Source of the DNA: Paramecium tetraurelia | Taxonomy: Eukaryota | Assembly (NCBI GenBank): GCA_000165425.1 | Contig: CT868019.1 | Span: 186,001-249,704, forward strand | Direction of reading: 5' to 3' | Length of the DNA stretch: 63,704 nucleotides | Part shown: piece by piece, positions 1-12,769 of the stretch | How the letters are laid out: every line of letters starts with the position of its first letter | Numbering within the stretch: position 1 is the first letter of the stretch | The notes under the pieces: generated by a model | Databases searched by the model: none | What the model was told of the DNA's origin: nothing | What the model saw: only the letters and a program-made list of their open reading frames with translations | Position numbers and translations under genes: made by a program

Positions 1-477
1 GTTACAGTCTAGAAACACAAAATTGTTCCTTATAAATATATGCCTTTTTAATGAATCAATCAATACATATGTGGCTAATCGCTGCAAAGAATCCGTAATA
101 CCATTAATATTTGAAATACATCTATGGTATATTGTCCTAGTTTTTGCTCAAGGCGAAAATGTTATAGATAAATGTCACAGTAATTTGCAAAAAAGGATAA
201 ACGAAATTGGAAAATTAAGGATATTTACTCACAAAATATCTTGAAAGTATGACAGGGAGACTACAAATAAGACCGTATAGAGCATAATAGTAATTAGATT
301 CGCTAATGAAGGACAAAACAATAAATGTTCCAACAAACTAAGTATATTATGTATTTTATTTACCAAAATGAGGGTTGTCAATGTCTTATATTCATTTATC
401 ATATATGGTTAATAATTTATTCTATACTCTTACTCTATTTCAGGGACAATAAACGTGAGGAACATCTTGTGAAGCAT
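1..477 (-). CDS. Multi-pass membrane protein, N-terminal part (runs off the window)
   Basis: ATG at 477; MLHKMFLTFIVPEIEQEYR then hydrophobic segments; 26-nt GT-AG intron 338-363; open in the ciliate code. N-terminus resembles the gene at 50333. Confidence 0.75.
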
Positions 478-786
478 TTTAGTAACAAATAATAAATATT
501 GATAATTGAAAATTAAAAATTTAGATTATTAAAATTAATCTTATCAAATTATTTAATGCAAGATGTTAAGAATACGTAAGAAATCATTAAATATTATTTA
601 AATTTTATTTTAGAAATAATATATTTTTAAGCTATTTAAGCTCTTCTGAATTAATTCTATGAACTAAAAATTATATTTCTAATAAGATGCAATTTTATAG
701 TGGCGAATATTTTAATTAAGGAGAAGTCAAATATAAAAATATCACTTCTAAAATATCAATAAATTATATACATTTCATAATGTAAC

Positions 787-3357
787 TCAAATCTATAATT
801 CTTAAATTGATTAATTTATTGTTTAACAATAATTTGCTTACTCTTGACTTTCAGTTTTATTTTTAGTTTTTGTTTTCAATTTGTTTATGAACTCTTAATG
901 CAAAGGGTAAATTTATCTTTTGTTCATTAAAAACTATTTTATTCAAGAAATTACTTTCAAAAATTTAGAAGTGATTAATGAATTAGCAATCGATTCTTAT
1001 AATTCTATTTATTTGTTTTGCTGTTGCTTATTTACCCTATTGAAATATTTAAGCATTTTCTTATTTTATAAATTATTCGTTTTTCTCTTACTTATTTGTA
1101 GAATCCATTATTCGATTTCATTCTGCATCGTAACTGGATTTCGTTTACCATAATCATCCCATATATACATATGATTATCCTCAAACGTTGATTGCGTTTC
1201 AGGTTCCTCCATCTTAATAAAATTATCGAATATCTAATCCATTGGAAATAAATATTGAGCAATCCCTAAACTCAATTGAAACCAAACCAAATAATGGATT
1301 TCATTTTATAAAAGAATTTACCAAATGCAGTTTCCTATAGAGAATAACAAAATTGCCAACTCTATATATGTATCCACCTATTCATCAGCCAATTAACTGC
1401 CTATTGTTGGACCCTTTGAATACCGATAGATTAATAGGTATTTTTCAACCCAATAATCTATGACGATAAAACTTAAAGATATTAAAACCCCTAATGGAAT
1501 GAGTTGAGCATAAAATAGAGATAGCATTAAAGTTTTTGTTATGGTAGCATACTTTTTTGATAAATCTCCAGGCGAGCCTTCAAAAAGTAAATTAGCTTCT
1601 CTCTATGTTAGCGCACAAGTCTATCCCTAATTTTATGACTTTCTGATTTAATATTATCTATAAAAGTAATATGGATCCAATATATTAAATAACCAAGGGA
1701 ATATTGCATTCATGATCAAGACTAAACAAACATCGGATATTAATCCTCCATCTTTCCAAGTTTAAGTTAATATATCCTGATCATTTAATGCTACATTTAC
1801 TAATAGTGGAATTATGGCTGTGTTAAGAAATTAAGCCTATTTAATTATTCAATTAATTACTATGCCTAATTTATTAGCAAAACTGATATTGAATTCGGTT
1901 TAGGTTGAATGCAACTCCAGCGATACAAACTTTTTGATTAACAATCCCATAATGTTATTTAATATTGAGATTATGAAAGAAGCTATTAATCCAAAAACTG
2001 TTATGTACAATTCAATCGAAGTGGATCTACTTTTTTTGTCTGATTGATTTAGTTTATCCTTTAATTATATTTGTTGATACCTGATACACAGAAACACCCA
2101 AAATAGATCCAAAACATATGGCTAAGATAAACAAGGACCCTAAATTTGTTAAAATTTAATATTTAAACTAAATTAAAGGGTTAATACCTAAATTCTCCCA
2201 TATTACATCTCCTGGCTCTGGTGCTCTAATCACATGAGGTGTCTTTCCTTGAAATGTCTTAGTAGATTCTAAAGGATAGAAAAACAGTAATTTTTAAAGA
2301 ATGTACTAGAATTTGGTTTGAGTATGATATTTCCTAATTTACTTAGCTTGAGTCGATGTGTTATAGGTGATAAATGCTACGCCACTAAATTTAAATAGTT
2401 GAGGGTTTTGTTGGAATTAAATAATCTTAGTATTGATTTCATCCAATTGTTATTCTAGATTTAATGTTTATGAGCCCATAGAAAGATTTTATCTATTAAA
2501 TTTCAAATAGATAAATTTACTATTCAGATAGAATTGATGTTATTCTTAATTCATTTTCTATTTTGAGTTTAGTTAATTTATAGTATTCTTAAATGTCAAA
2601 ACCTAATACAATTTATACAATATTTAATTTTGAAATGGAAGATCCATTTAATTTGATTTCCGAAAAGTAGTCTGAAATCTCCTATTTGGTTGAGCTTAAT
2701 GGCAAATTACTTATTTGAATAGAGTAATCAGATATGGAGATATTCTTCTCATCGATTTTTGCAGCTATAATATTCAGGCGTCTTCTGTAATAGATTGAAA
2801 AGACAATCATAACCAAAATATTGCAAATGTCTAATCCCAGCAATATAACATCAGGGGTTCTAACATTGCAACTGAGAAAATACCTAGAGCTATTTGTAAG
2901 TGAGTAAGTGTTATAATAATTCAATTTGCAGACTGAAGAATTAATTTCACATTCTGATCCCTTATAATTATTTAATGCATTGTACAACCCAGATATTAAG
3001 CTAAATAATGATGATCTCATTCTTACAAATTCAAGGATAGTAAAATAGATACAAATATCATGAATTCAAAGAACAATGGTACTCCTGCCCCATTGAAAGC
3101 CAGCTCTTCATTTTTGCAACAAAAACTTAGTTGTGATTCAATTATAGGAAATCCACAGCAAGGACAATATTCGATATTGTCGATGTTTTCTATTTCCTTC
3201 GAATAACTAAACTTATTGGCTTTCTTCGAAATCATCAAAAATTTATTACTGCATGATTTTTGGCTAGTTAAAAGTTTGGAGGCCTTCTAAAAGGCTCGTA
3301 ATCATCATTTTATTCCTCCTAAAGATCCAGATCATTAATTATAGATTTTAAAAACAT
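787..3357 (-). CDS. OSCA/TMEM63 (CSC1-like) calcium-permeable stress-gated channel family protein
   Basis: N-terminal PPNF..A..H and CPCCG, GAGVPLFFEF, SISDYSIQISNLP, APEPGDVIWENLG, many TM helices, several short introns; 3' end assumes the 21-nt intron 934-954. Confidence 0.85.
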
Positions 3358-4307
3358 ATAATTATATTGTGATGACATCAAAATTACATTATATCAAATT
3401 ACTTCTTCTAGAATTATAGAGCTATTCATTTTATACCAAAGTAGAGGGATTGTTAAGGTATCATCCTTTTAATAAACGCTGGACTTTGAATATCTTAGTC
3501 TTAAAAAATAGAAAGGATAGTTTGCTTGAATTTTTTCAAGTAAATTTTTAACCGAACTTTTAAAAGAAATAAATAATAATTGCTATTTCTCCTAGAATTC
3601 AAATGATTTAAATCAAATCTATTACTAGTTCTATTTATAGACAATTAAAAGAAGACTTATTTTTATTCAAATAAAAAATTACTATCCTATACTGTTTATT
3701 AAATATTTTGTATAATAAATATTAAGAGCTTCCTTCTTTAAAATATAATAGTAAGTGTCTCCCAGATTAGTTCGACAATCTATATATACGAGTTCAAAAA
3801 TTTATATAATTAGGATGAGTTTTTCATTTAATAATCTTGATTTATAGATTATTTTATTGTAATATTAAAGAACAGTTCAATATTATAATTAGAAATTAAT
3901 TTACTTATTGGCTAGGTGATAGCAAATTCTGTGAAAATCAACTTGTAAAGCTCAATTATAATTTCATTAACTATCTTTTATGAATTGGATTATAGATTTA
4001 AAAAGATACTAAGGTAAGAGTGAACAGTCTCACTTATTATAATTTATAATTCCGTCAACTATTAATAATAATACATTTTTATCTTATAAATCTTTTCTAT
4101 TATGATGGTTCAACATTTAAATTGTTGTCAATCAGCCGTACATATTAATGTAGGATGAGATCTGTCCCTAAAGATCAGTCCCCCAATGATTGAATTAATG
4201 AATCAACAATAACTATCAATTTTAAATCATCCGAAGCTAGTCCTCCTGAGCATAGCTTATGGATTTTTGAGTTTACATGTATCTCCAATATTAATATAGT
4301 GTTTCGT

Positions 4308-5399
4308 ATGATTTAAGATTACATTAATTAAAATATGTAGAGTTTGTAATCTGATCTAAAATATATAAGAGATGCTCTTACTCTACTAATTGATAAGCTC
4401 CTACCCTATATAGAACAGAAGCAGATACTATAATTTTGCAAGACGTTGAAGAATAAAGTAGCTGACGATAAGGTTACAGCCTTTTCGATATACATGGAAA
4501 CTTAAAAAAGTTTTGAAGCAAGTCAAGTAAAAGCGATTAAGTTGAATAGTACATCGGATGAGAAGTTTACACTTAAAGTTCTTACTAAAATACGGTAAGC
4601 TTAGACTGAGTTCAAAAATAATACTCAATAATTTGCATCTATTTATAATTCAGTTAAAGAGAATGTCGAATCGGTTTATGTTTCTAGCCAAGAATTATAG
4701 ACCATGATGAATGAAAAGTAGACATAGAATAAGGTGGAATCAAGATAAGAGGAAATACGAAGGGTTTCGATATATAGCAAATAAAATAGATAAAAAACAG
4801 AGTAAGATATATCTGAGGAGAAGGCCAAAAAGTATAAAATTGAGGTTAAGCCTGAATAAAATAAGGAGATCAAATCAGATAACAATAAATTCGTTTAAAA
4901 AGTTGATTAAAAATCTGAAATTAAATAGGATAAGAGAGAGAAATCAGATTCAAAATATTCATTCGAAGGATCTAAGAAAGATATAAGTTCAGCTCAAGAT
5001 TTATTATAAAATTAAAGGGCTATTCATTAAAATTAATCGCAACAGTAAAATAAATTAGAGAAACCACAAGCTTAGCTATCACCAATAAATTATTAACAAG
5101 TAAAATCATAAAATATATCACATCAATCATCGTTTAATTATCTCCACACTCAACCTAATTCATACACTCAAGTGCCTTTATCAAAAAACTCTCAAACAAA
5201 CAATTACACTTTTGTGCAACAGTCATCCTAATCATAAAAGTAAATTTTATATTCCTAAAGTGATCAAAAATCAAATTCTTAAATGGGATCCTATGTTCCA
5301 AATTATGATTTGTTGGCTAGAGTAGATCAATTACTTTCTAAGACCAAGAGTAATATTTAAACCCAAAATACGACTCATTGTTTAACAAATAGAATATGA
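4308..5399 (+). CDS. Hypothetical Q/K/S-rich protein (5' end uncertain)
   Basis: Uninterrupted ciliate-code frame from 4194 to TGA 5397-5399; first in-frame ATG at 4308; coding-like sequence continues upstream past a TGA at 4191. Confidence 0.65.
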
Positions 5400-5446
5400 A
5401 TTCATAATTATATAATTTCAAATAATATCATTATCTATTCGTCATA

Positions 5447-8400
5447 TCACAATTAATACAAGGCTCTCATAGGAGCATGATTAATGAAGAAGTTCAATAA
5501 ATAGGCAATCGGAGCTTTTGTTTGGGCAATAATTTATTGTAAAGTCCAAGGATACAATAAAATTTTGAAAATGACGATTATTGGGTCGAATAGGATGTGA
5601 TTGGACAGGTAGGAAATCAGAAATTATCTGGCCCAATTATCAGCAGTATCAATTTAGAGTCCAATTACATTGTAGAAGTAATAGATACTAAAATAATGTT
5701 ATAATTAAATACAAGCATCCTCCTAAAATGGCGACGGTTAGACAAAATCCAATGATTTTTTCTTGTATCCATCCATTTAATTCAGCTTTGACAATTGCCA
5801 AAAAGAATACTGATATTTCTCCAATAAAAATAATCAATAGGATGTGTTGAATTTCATTCAGATACGTGATGGTATATGAACTAACAACAAACATTACCAT
5901 TAACTTCATATATAATTGCAACACTCTACTTGGTCTTGAGAACTTCGAATCGTAGTATAAGAAGATGCTTAAGAGTTCATGCAATTTCTAGAAGTATTAT
6001 TAAATGTCTTACTATCATTCCAGTTAGGACTAAATCTGCAGAAGTGTATTTAATACCCATCTCAACATTAGTTTAAAAGATGGGTTCATATTAAACAGCT
6101 GCATTGTGGAAATCATCTGATTGCTTTTGTTATTTATTGTAATTTTTATTAAAGATGGTCATATGAGAGAAATCTTCTTCCTTAATTGATTAATCAAACA
6201 GTTATTTCCCTTCGTATTTCTCAGTCTCCTTATTCTTGTACCTAACGCTTAACACACTAGATTTCTCTGGAAAAATAGTAGACTATTTAATCTTGGTAAA
6301 ATCAGCCGATTTATCAAACATCTTCTAATCCACGTCATCCTAATTTCCATGTTCACTCATAATGGGAGAGTTGACTGGTAACACAACTCTAGAAGATCTA
6401 AGATCCAAAATTGCTGTGATTATAGTAAATAGAATCATGATCCCTGACATTGTCCCAATCGTTAAGCCAATAACTGTGAGATGCATATTCTCAATAGACA
6501 CAAATTGGATTTCTCTCAGGTCTACGGGAATATATTCTTCCATCAGGATTATATCGCTAATGTATTTACAAGTACAAGTATGTTACGAAGTCAACACTGA
6601 TTTAGTACAATTGTCACCTGTGAAATTGGAGACAATTGATGCACATCTAGTGTTATTTTCAGAGTATTCAGTAATGAAGGGATATTTAAATTGGAAATGC
6701 TCAAATTACAAAACTACTTGATAATCTGATCCATTTTGAACTATAAATTAGGGACTGATATATTTGAGATTATTAGAGAATTGATTCCACTTAGCATATT
6801 CATAAACTTCTTATTTCCAGTAGTAAGGGTTGACAGAGAATGTAATGATTGAAACTAAATAGAGGTAATTTGGATTTATTTAGAACATCTCTACTTCTGT
6901 CAAATTTGTGAATAGATCTCTGTTCTCCCACATATAAATATTTCTTCGAGCTGCATAATTACCAGTATCTGTTTTATTGGATGTATCGATTTAAACTTCG
7001 AAATTGATTGTGTCATTGTTTAGATTCCAGTACCCACTGAATACTGGAATGGCAACTGCATCCAATTTCTCATCTCCAAACATGCTCACGTAATACTCGT
7101 CTTAAGATAGGTATTTTAAGACATTCTTAGTGGTGACTCGAGTGAAGGAGATGTTGAAATATTGAAAATTGCCGATAGATCACTCTCCCATTGGTCTCAG
7201 TGTATGAATTAATGATGAGATTCAAGACCTACACCAAACTAATGAGTCTCGTATAACAGATGTGGATCAAATCAAAATGATCTAAAGTCAGAGTTGATTC
7301 CTGTATCAATTGTGCTCTAAATGAATTGACACCGTCATCAGAAGAGACCAGATCTGATTCCTCAACTTGTTTGAGTAATCTGTTCTTGTTATTTGTATCA
7401 GTCAAATTCATAAACAACTCTTTTAAATAGTCCGTTGAATTTACATTCGTGGTATTAGCATTTATGGCTTCACTAATAGTGTCAGGGTTATCAATTGTCA
7501 TCCTACCTAAAAATGTATCAAAAACATCATGGACGTCATTTATCACTTAACCAATCACTCCATATAGGGATTACAATTCCAGATACAACTCTTAAGCTGT
7601 AACATTTCCTTTGTATTGTCCAGCAATCATGGACTTCTCGTTTATTTGAATCAAGGAAGTGAACTTAATGATATCCTTTCTGATTTCAGTTTAAAACTGG
7701 ATTAAGTATTACAATTTAAGGTCTATTGTATCTTCGCCTATGAAATTGATTCCTGTGGATTCAATCTATTGAAATATAAACATAGAATGAGTACCAAATA
7801 GATCGCTTTCTACAACATGATTTAATATTTGTCCTAGGTTTTGAGCAAGAATTCGTCGCTATAGTACTCCTTTAATTTTGTTAGTGTTTGATTAACAGTA
7901 ACAGCATAAGCAATTTTATCGTCAAAGGAAAAGGACTCATAGAGGTACTTCAATACGAGGGATGCACTCATGATTTTGGTGATGGAAGTTTCAGTATCTA
8001 GAGATACAAGTATTTCATCCAATTTGGACTTGGAGGTTTATATGGTAACATTCTAAGAAATTACGGAGGTCGCTCCCAGACTATCTTTTAATTGACAGAC
8101 TAGAGTGAATTGTCCCACAGGCAGATTTGTGGAGTAACTGCTCGATTCTATATAATCTGTTAGTTCGTATTATCCATTGATTGACTCAATGTTGATTGAT
8201 TATCCCTCATAGAACCAATATTTGTATAAAATTGGGGTGTGTGTGTCTGAGACTGAACTTACGATGATGTTCATGCCATTGGTTTCATCGAGTTTGATCT
8301 CACCATTCCTGGGGGGGTAATTAATACGAAATATTATTTCGTACTCTGCAGGATCAATATAGTTTTATAAAGAATATACGAAATGAATCCTGCATATTCC

Positions 8401-9063
8401 TATTTCTTAGGCATTGACTAAATCTGGGTAATAGTAGCTTGCTTGAAAACGGAGTCTGGGGTATAATTGCTAAAACTTCGAGACTTAACCGTCTAAATAT
8501 ATTGCCACTGATATTTTGGAGTCATCCGGGGACACTCCATCGTCTAATTGGATAGAGAAGTCGATGATCTCATCAAAGTTGACCAATCTGGATAGGATTG
8601 AGTAGGGGTAGGATATATTCAAAAAAGGAATGATGTTCTAATTAAATTCCACAATAATACTTGTGAGAAGTACAGTGTCACAGTACGGTTAACCACATAA
8701 TCTCCAGATATCAAGGCTGTGAACTGATAAGATCTCTTTGGAGATAATGTGGATTCTGGAATGACCACCGTGTAATTGAATTTGTCCAATGACAATTGAG
8801 ATCCGTCTGATTTTTTACAAACTGCATTCAGTGTCAAATCTTGACAATTCCATGTTACTGTCAAATTCTTTAACTACATATTGCTCTAATCTGTCTCCAT
8901 GTTCCAAACAAACAGATTTATCTGCACTTTTTCCTTCCAAAATACTTGTCTATCTCCTTATTAAATCAATGAAACCCAATTCGACTCAATTAAAATTAAT
9001 GAATACTGATTCTTAAGCTAATAAAATATAAGTCTGGGAGAGTAAGAGGAGCACACAGATCAT
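5447..9063 (-). CDS. PKD1/REJ-like surface membrane protein (signal peptide, REJ-like region, GPS-like motif, C-terminal TM helices)
   Basis: Signal peptide MICVLLLLSQTYILLA; VTWNCQD, INYPPRNG and LPVGQFTLVCQLKDSLGA (REJ-like); C..C..TCTCKYIS just before a TM helix; HELLSIFLYYDSKFSRPSR followed by further TMs. Confidence 0.75.
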
Positions 9064-9141
9064 TTCAATTAGATAATTATTATATTAAGTGTATTATTGG
9101 CTTCTATTGCTATTTTATAGTTTAATTTATTAATCTTTCGA

Positions 9142-10835
9142 ATGGGTTCATGTTAAGGTTCTACAGTGGATCTACAACAGGATCTGAGAATGAGAGAAGT
9201 CATGACCAAGTTTTAAGTTCCCATGCCCTACATCGATGAGTATTAAATATTCTAGACTTTGAAATAGGTTGAAATGTAATTTCTCAATAATATTCCCCCT
9301 TTAGCATTTAGCATAACAGCATCCCCCATTTCGATCTCATTTATTCAAAAATGGGCGATTCATCAGATAAAATGAAGAATCTAGTCAAAAAATGGAGGAT
9401 GAAATACCAATAGCATAATCATCCAAATTTATTGTCAATTCACAATGTTTCTATTCTTGATTCTATGAAATTATTTATACCATACACTGACATTATACTC
9501 CTAATTGACAAGCCACTCCAACCATTAACAAGGCATAAGAAAGTTATAATGAAATAGCCATTTTCACAGGATGAGATACTGTTCCTATTAGATTGTGTTG
9601 TCTCTGGTCTAGCATTTTAATAGCAAAACAAAATATATCCATCTGGATTCGACATCGATGACATTATCACTGTCAAGACTCCATTTAACACTGAAATTTA
9701 CAAATTAGTAGACAGGTACTAAAAACCTATCCGCTCCAATTTATTTTAGGATTTCATTTAGCTCTACGATGATAAATAAAGTACTTATGATCTCTATTCA
9801 TAACTTAGCACTCAACGAGTTAAAAAAAACAGCATTCTTTTCACCTGCTCAGATCGAAGCTATTCCCAAAAAAGACAAGGTATTACTTTATTTCTATATA
9901 TCCAGTATCTTAAACACAATAGATATAAATCAGATGTATTCAACTTTGCACTTATAATGATTTATTTAATATAAGCCAAACATCCAGAAATATTTGATTG
10001 GAAGAAATGGACTATCGATGATTTTGCTTTAAGAAAAACCTTAGATGATCTTCAAATGACAAATTTTGATGAAAATTTATTACACATTATAGAAATTATG
10101 TTGATAATTGAAGAAGATTAAAGACCTGATTTTTTGGAATTAGATGAGATGGTCAGTAAATTATTTTCAGATCTCTAAATGTAGCGTTTGTAAGAAAAAT
10201 ATTAAATGCAAGATTTTTTTATTATACCAATTGATAAACCATCTGATTATAATAATTAGATTCTTATTGATAATATTTATCAATACAAATAGCAACAATA
10301 ATAAATGGTGTCCTAAACTATATCTTAACATTAAAGAAACGATTCTTAAAAAGTAAAATAAATCGACTAAAGCTAAGCATCTATTAAACCTTAAAAAAAT
10401 GAAATTAATAACTCATTTGATAATAATATAGTTGTAACATAAGGGAAATTACATTATTCAAATGGGTTTTATTATGTAGGCTAAATTTGCAACAGAAGAA
10501 GACATGGTTTTGGAGTTTACTATAGTTCGGACAACCAGAAGGTTACTGAAGGCACTTGGATTTTCGACATTCCTGAAGGAGATGTGATACTTTATAATCA
10601 ACCAGAGGAAGAGAAGGAGAGGAGTCACAAAAATATGTCCAGAAAAGATTGGGTCCAGTATAAAGGGCAAATGAAACAAGGTCAAAAACATGGCATTGGA
10701 GTTCTCTACTTTTCTGACGGATCTAAATATATGGGCAACTTCTCTTTTGATTAAGCACATGGGAAGGGCCAGTTCGAATATTAGAATAAAGAATAAATTA
10801 TCGGAACTTGGTAACATGATATATACAATGGTTGA
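9142..10835 (+). CDS. Protein kinase-like (probable pseudokinase) domain plus C-terminal MORN repeats
   Basis: MGSC start; HPNLLSI, LLDCVVSGLAF, DVFNFALIM, RPDFLEL kinase-fold remnants; MORN repeats YVGQICNRRRHGFG, YKGQMKQGQKHGIG, YMGNFSFDQAHGKG. Confidence 0.85.
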
Positions 10836-10980
10836 TTGAATTTGTAATTAATATGAACTGCATAATTAAATATTGAAATTTATTCATATTTTATCTAATT
10901 AAGTTTCTATATTTAAGATAATATACCCAAACTCATAATAAAAAATCATTAAAAGTATTCATAAATCAATAAATAATATA

Positions 10981-12081
10981 ATGTAAAGCAAACAGGGTCA
11001 TTCATATCTATTGTCTCATAAGAGTTCTAAAAGTGAATGTATTAAAAAAACAGTCAATCACTTAAACTATTCGATTCCATGCATCAACTGTGATTCTCTC
11101 ATTCCAACTGTTGATGTTGATAAACATACTTAATTGTGTCAAGCCAATACACCACCTCACAGTTCTTAATCCAAAGATTTAACAGCAATGGAAGAAACCG
11201 ATATTAAGCTCAAAAAATTACGATAATCAATTGTAATTTAATCTAAAACAGAAACAAACACACATAATAAAAAATATCTGATAAGAGCAGAGGAGTTATG
11301 TACCTAAATCTTGAAATTGTAGAATTCGGACGACAAAGAATACCGAAAAATATTAGATATTTCAGAGGAAATAAAGATGATAACCGAATCATACAAAGGA
11401 GTGTTGCTTGTTCAATTATTTTTAGAAAGATTACACTCTTTAGCATTGGTGAAGCAGAAGAATATGAGATCTCTTAACTCAGAAAAGTTTTAATTGATAA
11501 ACAATTTATAAAAAAGAAACATTCAAGATATTGATAAATAATCATTTAATTTCTTAATAAATAAGGAAGAGCTGACCAATGCTAAATAACGTCTTGGTTA
11601 TTAAGCTTAAACTAGCAATAACTATTTGAGATAAAATGAAATATTTCGTAAGACATAAATAACGAAATTTTCAAGGGAAAATTAAAAATAGACTGTATGT
11701 GAATTAAAAAGTGAAATTTTAACTAAAATGTCTAGTTCATAATGTGAAGAAGAAGTTCAGGGAGGTGAAGATGTTCAAAATTCTAATAATTATTAGAGAC
11801 TATTTTATTCGAAATGCTTGAATCTGAAGGCTTAATTATCTAATATTGATCCGGCTTAAAAAGTTCCACTTTGTGTACTTTTTAAAGAAGTTCTAAGTAG
11901 AAGGATTCCGATTACCTAATGGAATTAGTTTATATTATCAGCTTTTGATAAACCTTCATAATATCTAGAGTTGTAGAAATAAAATATATTTAATTAAGCA
12001 TCCGCATTCCAAAATTCAGCTAAATAATTTGCAATCAATAGTAATTTCAAAGAAAGATTACGGAATCTTAAAATAATATGA
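10981..12081 (+). CDS. Hypothetical protein with N-terminal C2HC-like zinc-finger motif and coiled coil
   Basis: Open frame; IPCINCDSLIP..DKH...C; C-terminal RLFYSKCLNLK...W.QFI. Confidence 0.8.
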
Positions 12082-12231
12082 TAATTTAATATACATTTCA
12101 ATATTTCTCAAATACTAAACTAATATTAATTATTTTTATATATTAAATTATCCTGATACCTAGTTATCTATATATAAAATTTATAGTTTGATATATAATT
12201 TGATTAAAGAATTTACTTTAATTTATAAGAT

Positions 12232-12708
12232 ATGGTTGGATAGATTTCAAATATTTTTGAAGTTATGAGATCCTATTTAATTTAAGGATTTAATCAAATT
12301 CGTATCACATTAAAGACAATATTTATGAATCCTTAAAAGTTATTTGCTTGATATCTTAAAATCAGAAACATATCTTTGATGATTGTCGAAAATGAAAGAT
12401 AATCAACTTGAAGAAACATATTAAAAAAATATTTGTTGAAAAAAATTTAGATCCTGACTATCAAACATTTCTAAGAACCACTTTTTGCACTTGAATATAA
12501 ATACGAACAAGGAATTATTACTAGAAAGTTCATAAATGATATTAATCAAAAGATTGATAGACAAAATTTATATTCAAAGAGGAACCTAATATAAAATTAC
12601 TTAAAAAAATGGAATCTTAAGCATCTTTTAATTTAAACTGCTCTAAAAATATAGGAAAATCTTATAGCAAACATTAACTCATTAATTTATATCTATAATG
12701 AAATGTGA
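12232..12708 (+). pseudogene. Possible degenerate or short gene with an unexplained in-frame TGA
   Basis: One frame from ATG 12232 to TGA 12706-12708. The TGA at 12349 is removable by a 27-nt intron (12339-12365) but the TGA at 12409 is not. Confidence 0.3.
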
Positions 12709-12769
12709 AAGCCAACTATAAAAATAATAAAATTGTTATAATTTTAAAGATTTTCTTAAGCAAAAATTA

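Noticed and set aside
3370..3413. CRE-like TGATGACATCA and HSE-like TTCTAGAA upstream of the OSCA gene
   Set aside because: Short, AT-compatible motifs expected by chance; imperfect or only two HSE units.
12409..12411. In-frame TGA as selenocysteine (also 4191)
   Set aside because: No redox-motif context and no SECIS-like hairpin recognised; decay or mis-modelling is more likely.
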